Positions 28,986 through 37,635 of a stretch of DNA of 64,000 nt are shown in pieces. A model generated the notes under the pieces. It worked only from the letters and a program-made list of their open reading frames with translations. It made no database searches and was not told the origin of the DNA. Position 1 is the stretch's first letter; every line of letters begins with the position of its first letter. The DNA is from an uncultured Gammaproteobacteria bacterium. GTDB lineage: Bacteria; Patescibacteriota; Microgenomatia; UBA10105; UBA927. The position numbers and the translations under genes were made by a program. The stretch spans positions 3,362 through 67,361 of the forward strand of contig CAZSTG010000002.1 in assembly GCA_964609895.1 (NCBI GenBank). The letters are read 5' to 3'.

Positions 28986-29501
28986 TTACGCTGTTTTCTT
29001 TGCCTTGACACTGTTCAAAGCCCACACCAGTTTGTTCATGTTCCATGACAGAGCATGATGCAGATTGGCAATAGGGGCTTTGAGTTGCCCTGCAAGCTGA
29101 CCAAGTAACACTTCTTTGCCAGGAATGCTCGCAAGCTTGGAAACGTCTTTGTCAGAAAGCACAGTGACTCCGAGAAGTCCTGCTTTTGTTTTGCCGACAT
29201 TTGCCGCTTTGAAGAACTTCAACAGTTCTTTGAGTCCTGAAACTTCATCTTTATAGCTGAATATTGTGGCTGTTGCCTGTTTGAGCACGTCTTTGAGCTG
29301 TGCCGCGTTTTCACCAAGTGCGCGTTCCATGAGTTTGTTTTTGGTCACCATGAATTCCGCGTCAACGAGCCGCATTTTTTTGCGGAGGTCTTCGAGTTGT
29401 TTGTGTTTCAGTCCGATATAATCGGCAAAAATGATGGATTTCGATTTTGCAATCTTATCCGTCATTTCTTGCACTGCATCGATTTTCTTTTGTGTTGCCA
29501 T
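28986..29501 (-). CDS. rplJ: 50S ribosomal protein L10
   Basis: DYIGL, KNKLMERAL; position between rplA and rplL. Confidence 0.95.
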   Translation of the reverse strand: MATQKKIDAVQEMTDKIAKSKSIIFADYIGLKHKQLEDLRKKMRLVDAEFMVTKNKLMERALGENAAQLKDVLKQATATIFSYKDEVSGLKELLKFFKAANVGKTKAGLLGVTVLSDKDVSKLASIPGKEVLLGQLAGQLKAPIANLHHALSWNMNKLVWALNSVKAKKTA

Positions 29502-29520
29502 ATACATCCTTTCCAAAAAA

Positions 29521-29622
29521 ATATCCCTCAGGTGAGGGATAGAATAGCAGTGTTACTATACTGCCTGTATTCAATCCCTCGGTAGGAATTATGGACATTG
29601 CTGTCCGCCTACTGTCTCAAGG
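29521..29622 (-). promoter_or_regulatory. L10 leader (autogenous regulatory RNA)
   Basis: Minus strand GAGACAGTAGG...TAATTCCTACCGAGG motif directly upstream of rplJ. Confidence 0.8.
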
Positions 29623-29650
29623 ACAATGCTTATTTATACCATGGTGCGCC

Positions 29651-30502
29651 TTAAAGCGCAAGCTTGATGCCTGGTCCCATGGTCGTTGTGATCGTCACTT
29701 TGACGAGTTTGTTTTTGCCCATGGCACTCAGCACCGCCTGAATGTTTTCTGTCAGCTGCTTTTCTTCAAAGGACACTTTGCCGACTGCCATATGGACAAT
29801 CGGGTTGTCTGGTTCGCTTTTGTAGTTGACTTGTCCGTTGGATAATTCTTTCACCCGCTTGTCGATTTCTGTCGTTACTGTGCCGGTTTTCGGATTCGGC
29901 ATGAGGCCTTTTGGTCCCAAAACACGCGCAACTTTGGCAAGTTTCGGCATCATGGACGGGTGTGCAACCAATATATCAAAATTGATTTTTCCCGCCGTTA
30001 TTTCTTCTATGAGTTTGTCGTCTGCTACTGCCACACGTACCTGTTTCCCTGTTCCGTGCGGGAGCGTGACGCTGCCGCGGATGTCTTTTTTGTCTCCCAG
30101 TGTTAACGGGTTGATGTTGATGTGCAGTTCAACAGTGCCGTCAAATTTGGTGACGCTGGTTAACTTGACAAGCTTGAGTGCTTCCGGAAGAGAATAGGAC
30201 TTGTTTTTGTCGACAAGTTTTGCCGCTTCCTGATATTTTTTTCCGTGCTGTCTCGGTCCTGACACTTTCTTTTTTTTGTTTTCTTTTGCATTTTCGCCGT
30301 TTTCAACCTTGTCCATCAGTTCCCGCACTTCCGGTTTGAGCTCATCACCTTCGACGAGAACGGTGCGCTCGCCGCCTTTGAGGTTCACACCTTCGACTTT
30401 GGCTTTTTTGGCTTTTTTGCCTTCGCGCCTCGCGTCAGCTTTCCGTTTTTGTTCTTTTTCTGCCGCTTCATCACCAAGAATAACTTTTCGTACTTTTCCC
30501 AT
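29651..30502 (-). CDS. rplA: 50S ribosomal protein L1 with N-terminal extension
   Basis: KFDGTVE, LPHGTGK, LGPKGLMPNPKTGT and TTMGPG motifs. Confidence 0.95.
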   Translation of the reverse strand: MGKVRKVILGDEAAEKEQKRKADARREGKKAKKAKVEGVNLKGGERTVLVEGDELKPEVRELMDKVENGENAKENKKKKVSGPRQHGKKYQEAAKLVDKNKSYSLPEALKLVKLTSVTKFDGTVELHININPLTLGDKKDIRGSVTLPHGTGKQVRVAVADDKLIEEITAGKINFDILVAHPSMMPKLAKVARVLGPKGLMPNPKTGTVTTEIDKRVKELSNGQVNYKSEPDNPIVHMAVGKVSFEEKQLTENIQAVLSAMGKNKLVKVTITTTMGPGIKLAL

Positions 30503-30506
30503 ATGA

Positions 30507-30932
30507 TTACTCCGTTTTAATACCCATGCTTCGTGCAGTTCCTGCAACGACTTTCATGGCTGCTTGTACGTCTGTTGTGTTGAGATCCGGTAATTTGTCT
30601 TTGGCAATTTGTTCGACCTGTGCTTTGGTAAGTGTCGCAACGATTTCTCGTCCCGCTTTACCACCTGCTTTGTCAATGCCCAGTGTGCGTTTAATCATGG
30701 CCGCTACCGGTGGAAGCTTGGTGACAAACGTAAATGTGCGGTCTTCAAAGACGGTGATGACTGCAGGAATGATTTGTCCTTTGAGTTTGGCGGTTCGTTC
30801 GTTGTAGGCCTTCACGAATTCCATGATCGGAAGTCCGTGCTGACCAAGAGCAGGACCGACCGGCGGGGCTGCGTTTGCTTCGCCTGCTTTGAGATTCAGT
30901 TTAATAAGTGTTTTGACTTTTTTCGCTGCCAT
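30507..30932 (-). CDS. rplK: 50S ribosomal protein L11
   Basis: [12 protein letters not shown] and GTARSMG motifs. Confidence 0.97.
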   Translation of the reverse strand: MAAKKVKTLIKLNLKAGEANAAPPVGPALGQHGLPIMEFVKAYNERTAKLKGQIIPAVITVFEDRTFTFVTKLPPVAAMIKRTLGIDKAGGKAGREIVATLTKAQVEQIAKDKLPDLNTTDVQAAMKVVAGTARSMGIKTE

Positions 30933-31246
30933 ACCAAGTAGTGAAATTTCGACCATTGCCTTTTATGCGGTCAAAATCTCAACATCCTTTCGTTAATGAA
31001 TAATACTCTTCACCCCCAGATTTGTCTAGAATTCGGGCAATGCGGGAACGCATGTCGAAATTCTACTACCTGGTTGGGAAAACTTGGTTTCGAAGGGAAA
31101 TAGAAGAAATATCTATGTTCGGTTCGAAACGGTTTTCGTTTCTCCCTCCATACAAACGTACAGAAGTGAAGAAGAGTATAGCAAATGTGTGTGGGTTCGT
31201 AAAGGGGGAGGATGGGAATGGAAAAAGATGATTCTATTGCGCCGAA

Positions 31247-31267
31247 GTGATATAATTATAGGCTGTT
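31247..31267 (+). promoter_or_regulatory. Extended -10 promoter box, copy 1
   Basis: GTGATATAATTATAGGCTGTT, identical to 32228-32248. Confidence 0.75.
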
Positions 31268-31394
31268 ATAAGAGGTTTGACTATTGGATACGTGAAAGGG
31301 AGGGAAATTGCACATTTCCAAGTGAATATACGTTCGAAGAAGCTTTGTTTCTACCGTCGGGTACCATTTCATATTCAAAAAAGAGAGGAATAGA

Positions 31395-32024
31395 ATGAGT
31401 GCAGCATGGGATATGACGAAAGAGATCGAGCGTAGTAGACAGTCGGTAACATTAAAACAAAGGCAATTGCTTTACAAAACGGAGCTAAAAAAGCTGTTCG
31501 AGGATCAAAGAAAAAAACTTATCCAATTTGATATTGATTTTCTTAATGCCAAAACGAAGAAATTGGATACAGGGCTTTCATCTATCAAGCAGCAGCTGGT
31601 AAAAGCAGGCTTTCAAGTGACGTTGACAGTTGAAATAAATCCATTATTGGCGAATATCGAAAAAATAGAACGGATAGAATATCCAGGTGAACCTGCAGAT
31701 TACGATGATGACCGTCATAAATGCTATATGTTTTATGAAGACCCGAGTAAGAAACGCTCCCGAGTTTTGAACTTAACAAGAAAATGGGTGTTGAATATCG
31801 TCAATGCTGCGGGGGATAGTAAATCAATTGCGATTTTTGCAATCATGGCTTTCTATCACGAAGAAGATTGCAAAGACCTGCAAGAGTCAGCTTACTATTC
31901 GGATCCAAAAGTATATATGAGTTTTCCCAGACGTATTGTATATACGACCGAGCGCGGAGGGAAATATTCGTTAACTACAGAGGATGTTGAAGTCATCAGA
32001 AGTGAGGTTGCGGAGTTTATTTAG
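31395..32024 (+). CDS. Orphan protein, probable paralog of 32415
   Basis: GAGG SD; C-terminal Y..FPR.IV motif shared with 32415. Confidence 0.75.
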   Translation: MSAAWDMTKEIERSRQSVTLKQRQLLYKTELKKLFEDQRKKLIQFDIDFLNAKTKKLDTGLSSIKQQLVKAGFQVTLTVEINPLLANIEKIERIEYPGEPADYDDDRHKCYMFYEDPSKKRSRVLNLTRKWVLNIVNAAGDSKSIAIFAIMAFYHEEDCKDLQESAYYSDPKVYMSFPRRIVYTTERGGKYSLTTEDVEVIRSEVAEFI

Positions 32025-32227
32025 CTGATTAGATCTTCGAACGCGAAGAGTGAATGAGAGAGAAAATCAGGCCGTTCATCCACAACGCGGATGGAATTCT
32101 CTTGTTTGTTTTCCCTCATTTATATCATGGGCTTGCTCACTGATTGCGTGTACCCACACGTATATGCAGCATATGCATAGATAACCAGTGAGTGTTTTTT
32201 TGGGAAAATAGGAGCATTTGATGCTCC

Positions 32228-32248
32228 GTGATATAATTATAGGCTGTT
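32228..32248 (+). promoter_or_regulatory. Extended -10 promoter box, copy 2
   Basis: 21/21 identity to 31247-31267. Confidence 0.75.
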
Positions 32249-32414
32249 TTCGGAGATTAAGCCACGGGAAGAATTAGGGAGAGGAGTTGCACATTCACAT
32301 ACATGTTCGAAATGAAGGAAATACGTCAACCATATGTTGACATATATCACGTTCACTGTTTTTTGCCGGTCGATGGAACTATCGACTAACCTGTATCTTG
32401 CCAAAGGAGAAGAA

Positions 32415-33116
32415 ATGAACGCAAAAGGAAAGAGCGGTTGGAATCTTGGTACGGCAATTGCCGAAGTAACAACGGCAAAACATACTGTCGATACACGACG
32501 TCATGCGCTAGACGCTTGCGGCGAGTACGAACGACAGCTTGTTCAGGCAGCGTCTGTTGTCAATGGTGAAGGTCGACCCATTGCTGAAGCAGATATGAGT
32601 ATGCTCACCGGTTCGTTCATCCTTGAATGTACGAAAGCAATACAAGCATTCGTCCGAGAGATGCGCCGCAATGGGCTGCCTGCGTCTATGGAGTTTCAAC
32701 CGGTGCAAAGACGGGAAAATGAGGTAACAAATCAGCGTCGTGCGCGAAGCTTTGCGGGTGATCACCGTCCGCCGTATCTATTGGTGACATTTGCCAAGGA
32801 CAATCCGGTGCTTGAAGATACGCTTAGTTATTTTTTACTTACGCCATCCGTTGGGTGGTTGATCACTGTCCGTATCGGGGGTATGAGGAAAAAGTTTGCA
32901 TTGCATGCAACTGTTGGTTTTCCATACCCTGAATCATTTGCGGGTGACCTGAGTGCTCATATCCCTCAAGATGCAGACGAAAATAAGCGATATCAAGCAT
33001 TTCCACGCTCCATTGTGTTTTTCTTTGGGGATCCTTGGAATCAACAGTATACGGATTCCCTTGAGGGCATAGAGCCATGGCTACGACATTGGTTGAATGA
33101 AATAACACCGATATAA
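32415..33116 (+). CDS. Orphan protein, probable paralog of 31395
   Basis: AAGGAG SD before ATG 32415. Confidence 0.75.
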   Translation: MNAKGKSGWNLGTAIAEVTTAKHTVDTRRHALDACGEYERQLVQAASVVNGEGRPIAEADMSMLTGSFILECTKAIQAFVREMRRNGLPASMEFQPVQRRENEVTNQRRARSFAGDHRPPYLLVTFAKDNPVLEDTLSYFLLTPSVGWLITVRIGGMRKKFALHATVGFPYPESFAGDLSAHIPQDADENKRYQAFPRSIVFFFGDPWNQQYTDSLEGIEPWLRHWLNEITPI

Positions 33117-33351
33117 GATTTTGAACATGAATAAACGGAAAGAAATTCCTTATAAGGAATGCATAATACTTGCATTGTTGGTGTTCCTTTGCGAATTTTT
33201 TCTTTTCGTCAATTTTTGACCCCCGCCAAGGTATTGGTACTTTTTGGTGGGGGTTTTGTTTTGGAAAAAATAGGGAAAAGAGAAAAATTTCTGTCGGTTT
33301 TAGCACAAAGGGTTCAACCGACAGACGGTAATGGTAAAAACGTAGAATTCG

Positions 33352-33873
33352 CTATCCACCGATTTCATTGAGTAATCCAATGCATGCGGTGAATAACCGG
33401 TCTTTTGATGCGTGCGCAGGTGTCTGTCTCATGATGTTTGCCAGTGTTTCCGATGCAAGTTCAATTTCCGACAGCGGGCGGGTGACTGTGGAATGCATCA
33501 AAAACAACCGGAGTTGTATAAGCCGTTCTTCGAGCGGAATGGTGTCAGTTGTGACAAACTTCGGAAGGGTTTGTTCCAGAATGAAACAGACTGCGTTGGT
33601 ATAGCGTATTTTATCGCTTCGTTGTATGGTAAAACCCGGTAATTGATGCAGCAATCGGTTTCTTGGGTCGCTTGTGTTTTTTTCGTCAAGGTGCTTGGCT
33701 GATGGTGACAACAGAATCGTATCGATCGCAAAAACCGCGCCTTGCATGGGTAAGAGTTTTGCGCAGACGATAAGCTCCCGTGTGAGTTTTTGGTCAAGCT
33801 CCCTTTCTTTATGTGTGACTTCGTAATGCACACATGAGAGTAACTCGTACAACTGATTAAGTGACAGTATCAT
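33352..33873 (-). CDS. Orphan helical protein
   Basis: GGAGG SD before ATG 33873; own promoter at 34075-34102. Confidence 0.7.
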   Translation of the reverse strand: MILSLNQLYELLSCVHYEVTHKERELDQKLTRELIVCAKLLPMQGAVFAIDTILLSPSAKHLDEKNTSDPRNRLLHQLPGFTIQRSDKIRYTNAVCFILEQTLPKFVTTDTIPLEERLIQLRLFLMHSTVTRPLSEIELASETLANIMRQTPAHASKDRLFTACIGLLNEIGG

Positions 33874-34074
33874 GAATTCCTCCATATATTTTGATTAAGA
33901 ATGATCTGACGGGCAGATAATGCAAATAGGTGTGCGTTGACAATACTTGCACATAACTGCCTGCCAGATGCCCTTGGAGGATTGAATATCTACGTTTTGT
34001 TAAAGAGCGCATCTATCACCCTAAATATGACAATCGGCAAGCAAAATATGCCGTCAGGGTGCGATGATACCTGT

Positions 34075-34102
34075 ATTATAGTGCTGCGTAGAAGAAAGTC
34101 AA
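34075..34102 (-). promoter_or_regulatory. Sigma70-type promoter
   Basis: TTGACT-16-TATAAT. Confidence 0.7.
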
Positions 34103-34118
34103 AAATAGCCTATAATAC

Positions 34119-34147
34119 TTGACAAATCAGGATAAATGGCCTATAAT
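34119..34147 (+). promoter_or_regulatory. Perfect-consensus sigma70 promoter
   Basis: TTGACA-17-TATAAT. Confidence 0.85.
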
Positions 34148-34387
34148 ATGCTTCTTAGTGTTTTGCCTGCCGGTGAGATATGAAAAGCGCCGTCAGCGGC
34201 GCTTTTTTTGTGCCTCAGGCATGGCTGAAACATATCTAGCGAAGCTAGATGCTCTTTACCAACCAGGTGAGAAGTATATTTTTGGTTTTAGGCAACATAC
34301 CGGCATGGGAATGATGTCTGTCGTTCTTGTACTGGTATGTTGTTTCAAAAAACTAAAAAAATAATTCATGAATTGGAGAAGAAAAAA

Positions 34388-34588
34388 ATGTTAAAAGGAT
34401 GTGTTGTCATCGTTGTTCTGCTTGTGATTCTTGCGATCATCAGTTGTTGTTGTGTCTTGCCAGTAGCGTTTGCATTGGGATGTGATCCAGATTTACCGGG
34501 ATCTACTGACAAGAACTGTTCTGTTGAGGGGGGATTTACTGGAATGTTTCGATTTGGAATCAATTCGATTTCTAGCGCAAATCCGTAG
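34388..34588 (+). CDS. Small Cys-rich membrane protein (66 aa)
   Basis: GGAG SD; MLKGCVVIVVLLVILAIISCCCVLP...; followed by a terminator. Confidence 0.6.
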   Translation: MLKGCVVIVVLLVILAIISCCCVLPVAFALGCDPDLPGSTDKNCSVEGGFTGMFRFGINSISSANP

Positions 34589-34614
34589 ACAGCCCTCCCC
34601 AGCTGTTTTTTTAA

Positions 34615-34647
34615 AAAAGAGTCTGCCGATTGCTGACAGACTCTTTT
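34615..34647. terminator. Probable bidirectional terminator
   Basis: AAAAGAGTCTG/CAGACTCTTTT inverted repeat between convergent genes. Confidence 0.7.
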
Positions 34648-34760
34648 GATCTTTTATTGGATCACATTTTTTAGTATTTTCTGTTTCTCTTTTCACCTGG
34701 TTGTCTTTTTTCCACTACAACCACTTCCGTAATTTTTCCAGAAAAAATCCTGATTGAAGT

Positions 34761-35510
34761 TTACAGTTTTGCAACCTGCAAGAAATCGAGTTCCACCGGT
34801 GTTTCCCGTCCGAAGATGGAAACAAGGACTTTAACTTTACCTTTTTCTTCATCCAGTGAATCGACCGTTCCCAAAAAGTCCGAGAACGGGCCGTCGGTAA
34901 TCTTGACCGCTTCACCGACGGAGAAGCTTGTTTTGTATTTCGGAGCTTCCAATGCCATAAATTTCATGATTGCCGCGACTTCGGGTGCACTGATGGGGGT
35001 CGGTTTGTCTCCTGTTCCCACGAACGCAGTCACTCCCTGAGTGGTTCTGACCGCGAGCCACGAGATGTCGTCTAAGATCATGCGAACCAAAATATACCCC
35101 GGAAAAATCTTTTCCTTTTGTTCTTCTTTTTTGCCGTGTTTAACCGTAACGATATTCCGTGTCGGCACGATGATGTCAAAAATCTGATCCTTGAGTTTCA
35201 TCGTATCAATGCGTTGTTTCAATGTTGTTGCGACCTTGTTTTCATGTCCTGAATAGGTATGGACGACATACCATTTTGCATTTTCCGGTACATCGGTTCG
35301 GAGTACGACCTGCGGTTCTTCTTTGGTGATATCAAGTTTTTTTGTGGCTGCTTTTTTGGAGTCAACAACGGGTTTTGCCTCTTCTTTTTTCTCTTCTACC
35401 ATAGGGGTGGCTTCCATAACTGGGGCTTCTGTAACAGGTGTTTCTTCCACAGGAGTATTTTCATTTGTCATTGGCAATTTATCATTTAGCATTGCGTTTG
35501 TGTCATCCAT
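34761..35510 (-). CDS. nusG: Transcription termination/antitermination factor NusG (N-terminally extended)
   Basis: WYVVHTYSGHE, IFPGYILV and GPF..SIFGRETPVEL motifs. Confidence 0.97.
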   Translation of the reverse strand: MDDTNAMLNDKLPMTNENTPVEETPVTEAPVMEATPMVEEKKEEAKPVVDSKKAATKKLDITKEEPQVVLRTDVPENAKWYVVHTYSGHENKVATTLKQRIDTMKLKDQIFDIIVPTRNIVTVKHGKKEEQKEKIFPGYILVRMILDDISWLAVRTTQGVTAFVGTGDKPTPISAPEVAAIMKFMALEAPKYKTSFSVGEAVKITDGPFSDFLGTVDSLDEEKGKVKVLVSIFGRETPVELDFLQVAKL

Positions 35511-35512
35511 AA

Positions 35513-35722
35513 TTATCTCCTAAAAATAAGAGCGGTTATACGTAAAAATGTGCTGTCTAAGATACCGATGAACACTCCGACAATGACGGATATCACAATG
35601 ACAACCACAGTCAGTTTCAGTGTTTCGGCTCTTGTCGGCCACGTTACCTTTTTAAGTTCTGCCATCACTTCACGAACAAATTGTCTTGGTGACGGTAGTT
35701 TGGAAACTGCAGGATTTTCCAT
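35513..35722 (-). CDS. secE: Preprotein translocase SecE
   Basis: ELKKVTWPTR followed by a TM helix; directly upstream of nusG. Confidence 0.95.
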   Translation of the reverse strand: MENPAVSKLPSPRQFVREVMAELKKVTWPTRAETLKLTVVVIVISVIVGVFIGILDSTFLRITALIFRR

Positions 35723-35823
35723 ATTTTTCCCTAACTAAAGACCCCTCCCGGGGTCACTGGTAACGATCATAACAAAAACAGCGTTGTTTGTAAAGTACAG
35801 TGGACAGGTCATTGGCATATATG

Positions 35824-37542
35824 TCAGTCAAAAGGACTGCCATTCGGATCTTTTGCCTTACAGTCGTCGACAAATAACTGTGATGTGCGGCCGACAGGGG
35901 AACAGCCTGATGCGGACACGTTGCCGCGGGCGACAACTTCCTGATACGTTCCCCTGATGTTGCTTGGAAAGCATCGGTTGTCGTTTTTTCCCTGATCAAG
36001 TGCGAATGTTGTACACCCCACTCCTCCCGCTGCGTATGAGCATAACAGATCATAGGTAGAATTACGTACGGGATAATGATAGATGCACAGCAGTTGTTCA
36101 CATACAGTACTGTTTCTTCCGACACCAACTCCTTTTTCAACGTCGAATGTACATCCCATCGGCTGCGCGCCGATCGCTCCCGCCGCAGTTTCTTCTATCC
36201 AAAGCGCAACAAGATAGGATGGATTCCATCCCATTTTCACGGCCCATTCCTCAATGGTTTTGTAATAGGCAAGGACATTTTCTTTCGCCTGTTGTTCTTC
36301 AGGTCGTCCTTTAATCCATTGAGCGGCAAAATCAGCAACCGCTTCCACGTTTTGAATGGTGCAGCTAGTAGTATGCATCGGGATACTGAATCCCAGAACA
36401 CTGTCATTGGAAGATCCGAATCCGCTATATTTGGATGGGTCGAGTGTTACACCTTCAAATGTTGCGTCGCACGATTGTGATTCAGGTGTCGCGGTCGGGA
36501 CGTCCTGTTTGCATTTGTCGGATAATCCGTATTTGTCTCTGAGAGCCTTGGGAAGGATTGCACATTTCATGTAATTGGTGGCATCTTCCACTGCCTTGGT
36601 GCCCAGTGTGTGTGTTTTAATGGTCTGATTATTGCTGAATGCATTGTCTTGTTCACCGCTGGTTTCGTCTCCTGTGATGGTATGTGAGATATGCGCATAT
36701 GTTTCCACGACGCCGCCTGCTTCCTTTACCCGTTTCTGTTCCTCTTCGTTTTTGAGATACGACAGATCACCACCCGCTGCGCAGCCGGTAATCAGACAGT
36801 CCATGCTTTCCGCATAGGGAGTAAGCTGTCTGGATGCAAGTGTTGCCTTGACAACACCTCCGGTTCCGAAAATGCTTTTGAACAACTCAAGCAGTCCGCC
36901 GGTGTTAAAAAATCCTCCCGTTGTTTTGACTGTTTTTGTCTCCTGTGTGTCACCTGTATCCGTTTCATCGCAGAGCGGTGCACGCGCAAGCTCCAGAGGT
37001 TCACGATCTGTGTTGTAATTGTAGTCTCCGTCTACCGGCGAAATGGAATATCTGCTGGTAATTGCAGCGGCAAAGCGCGATGCCTGATCAAGTGTGGAGA
37101 GTTCCGGAATGATTTCTGTTGTATATGCTTGTTTGCTTTCCTGTTCGACAATACGGTTGTTTTCGTTTGTTTTACAATAGCGGGCGCGCCCCGAAATATA
37201 CAGGTTTTTTTCCTGATCAATTGTTTTTTCTTTGATGACATAAGGGGTGAGAAACCGTACGCCGCTCGCAAAAAAATTGGCAATGGTTTCCAGTTTTGGC
37301 ACATTGAAATCCGCGCCCGTCGTCAGATTGACGTCTTTGATGGTTATGGTTACGGAAGGTGCTGTCCCGCCGATGGAAAACGGCACGGAGTTATCAAGCA
37401 GTTCATTGAGCGCTCCTCCTGTTTCGATCTGCCGGACTGCAGGGGAGGTAGGGATCGGGGTTGTTGTTTGTGCGCACGCCTGCTGTTCAGGTATAACGCT
37501 CAGAAAAAAAAGGACAGCGACGGCACAAAAAAACCGTTTCAT
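35824..37542 (-). CDS. Secreted Cys-rich protein with possible lysozyme-fold C-terminal domain
   Basis: Signal peptide MKRFFCAVAVLFFLSV; GWNPSYLVALWIEET motif. Confidence 0.65.
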   Translation of the reverse strand: MKRFFCAVAVLFFLSVIPEQQACAQTTTPIPTSPAVRQIETGGALNELLDNSVPFSIGGTAPSVTITIKDVNLTTGADFNVPKLETIANFFASGVRFLTPYVIKEKTIDQEKNLYISGRARYCKTNENNRIVEQESKQAYTTEIIPELSTLDQASRFAAAITSRYSISPVDGDYNYNTDREPLELARAPLCDETDTGDTQETKTVKTTGGFFNTGGLLELFKSIFGTGGVVKATLASRQLTPYAESMDCLITGCAAGGDLSYLKNEEEQKRVKEAGGVVETYAHISHTITGDETSGEQDNAFSNNQTIKTHTLGTKAVEDATNYMKCAILPKALRDKYGLSDKCKQDVPTATPESQSCDATFEGVTLDPSKYSGFGSSNDSVLGFSIPMHTTSCTIQNVEAVADFAAQWIKGRPEEQQAKENVLAYYKTIEEWAVKMGWNPSYLVALWIEETAAGAIGAQPMGCTFDVEKGVGVGRNSTVCEQLLCIYHYPVRNSTYDLLCSYAAGGVGCTTFALDQGKNDNRCFPSNIRGTYQEVVARGNVSASGCSPVGRTSQLFVDDCKAKDPNGSPFD

Positions 37543-37635
37543 AAATCTTGGTTTATCATAACAAATTGACATTCTGTTTGCACGACGGATACAATTGAGG
37601 AACGATTGAAATATCTGCAAGGAGGAGGGCAGTGT

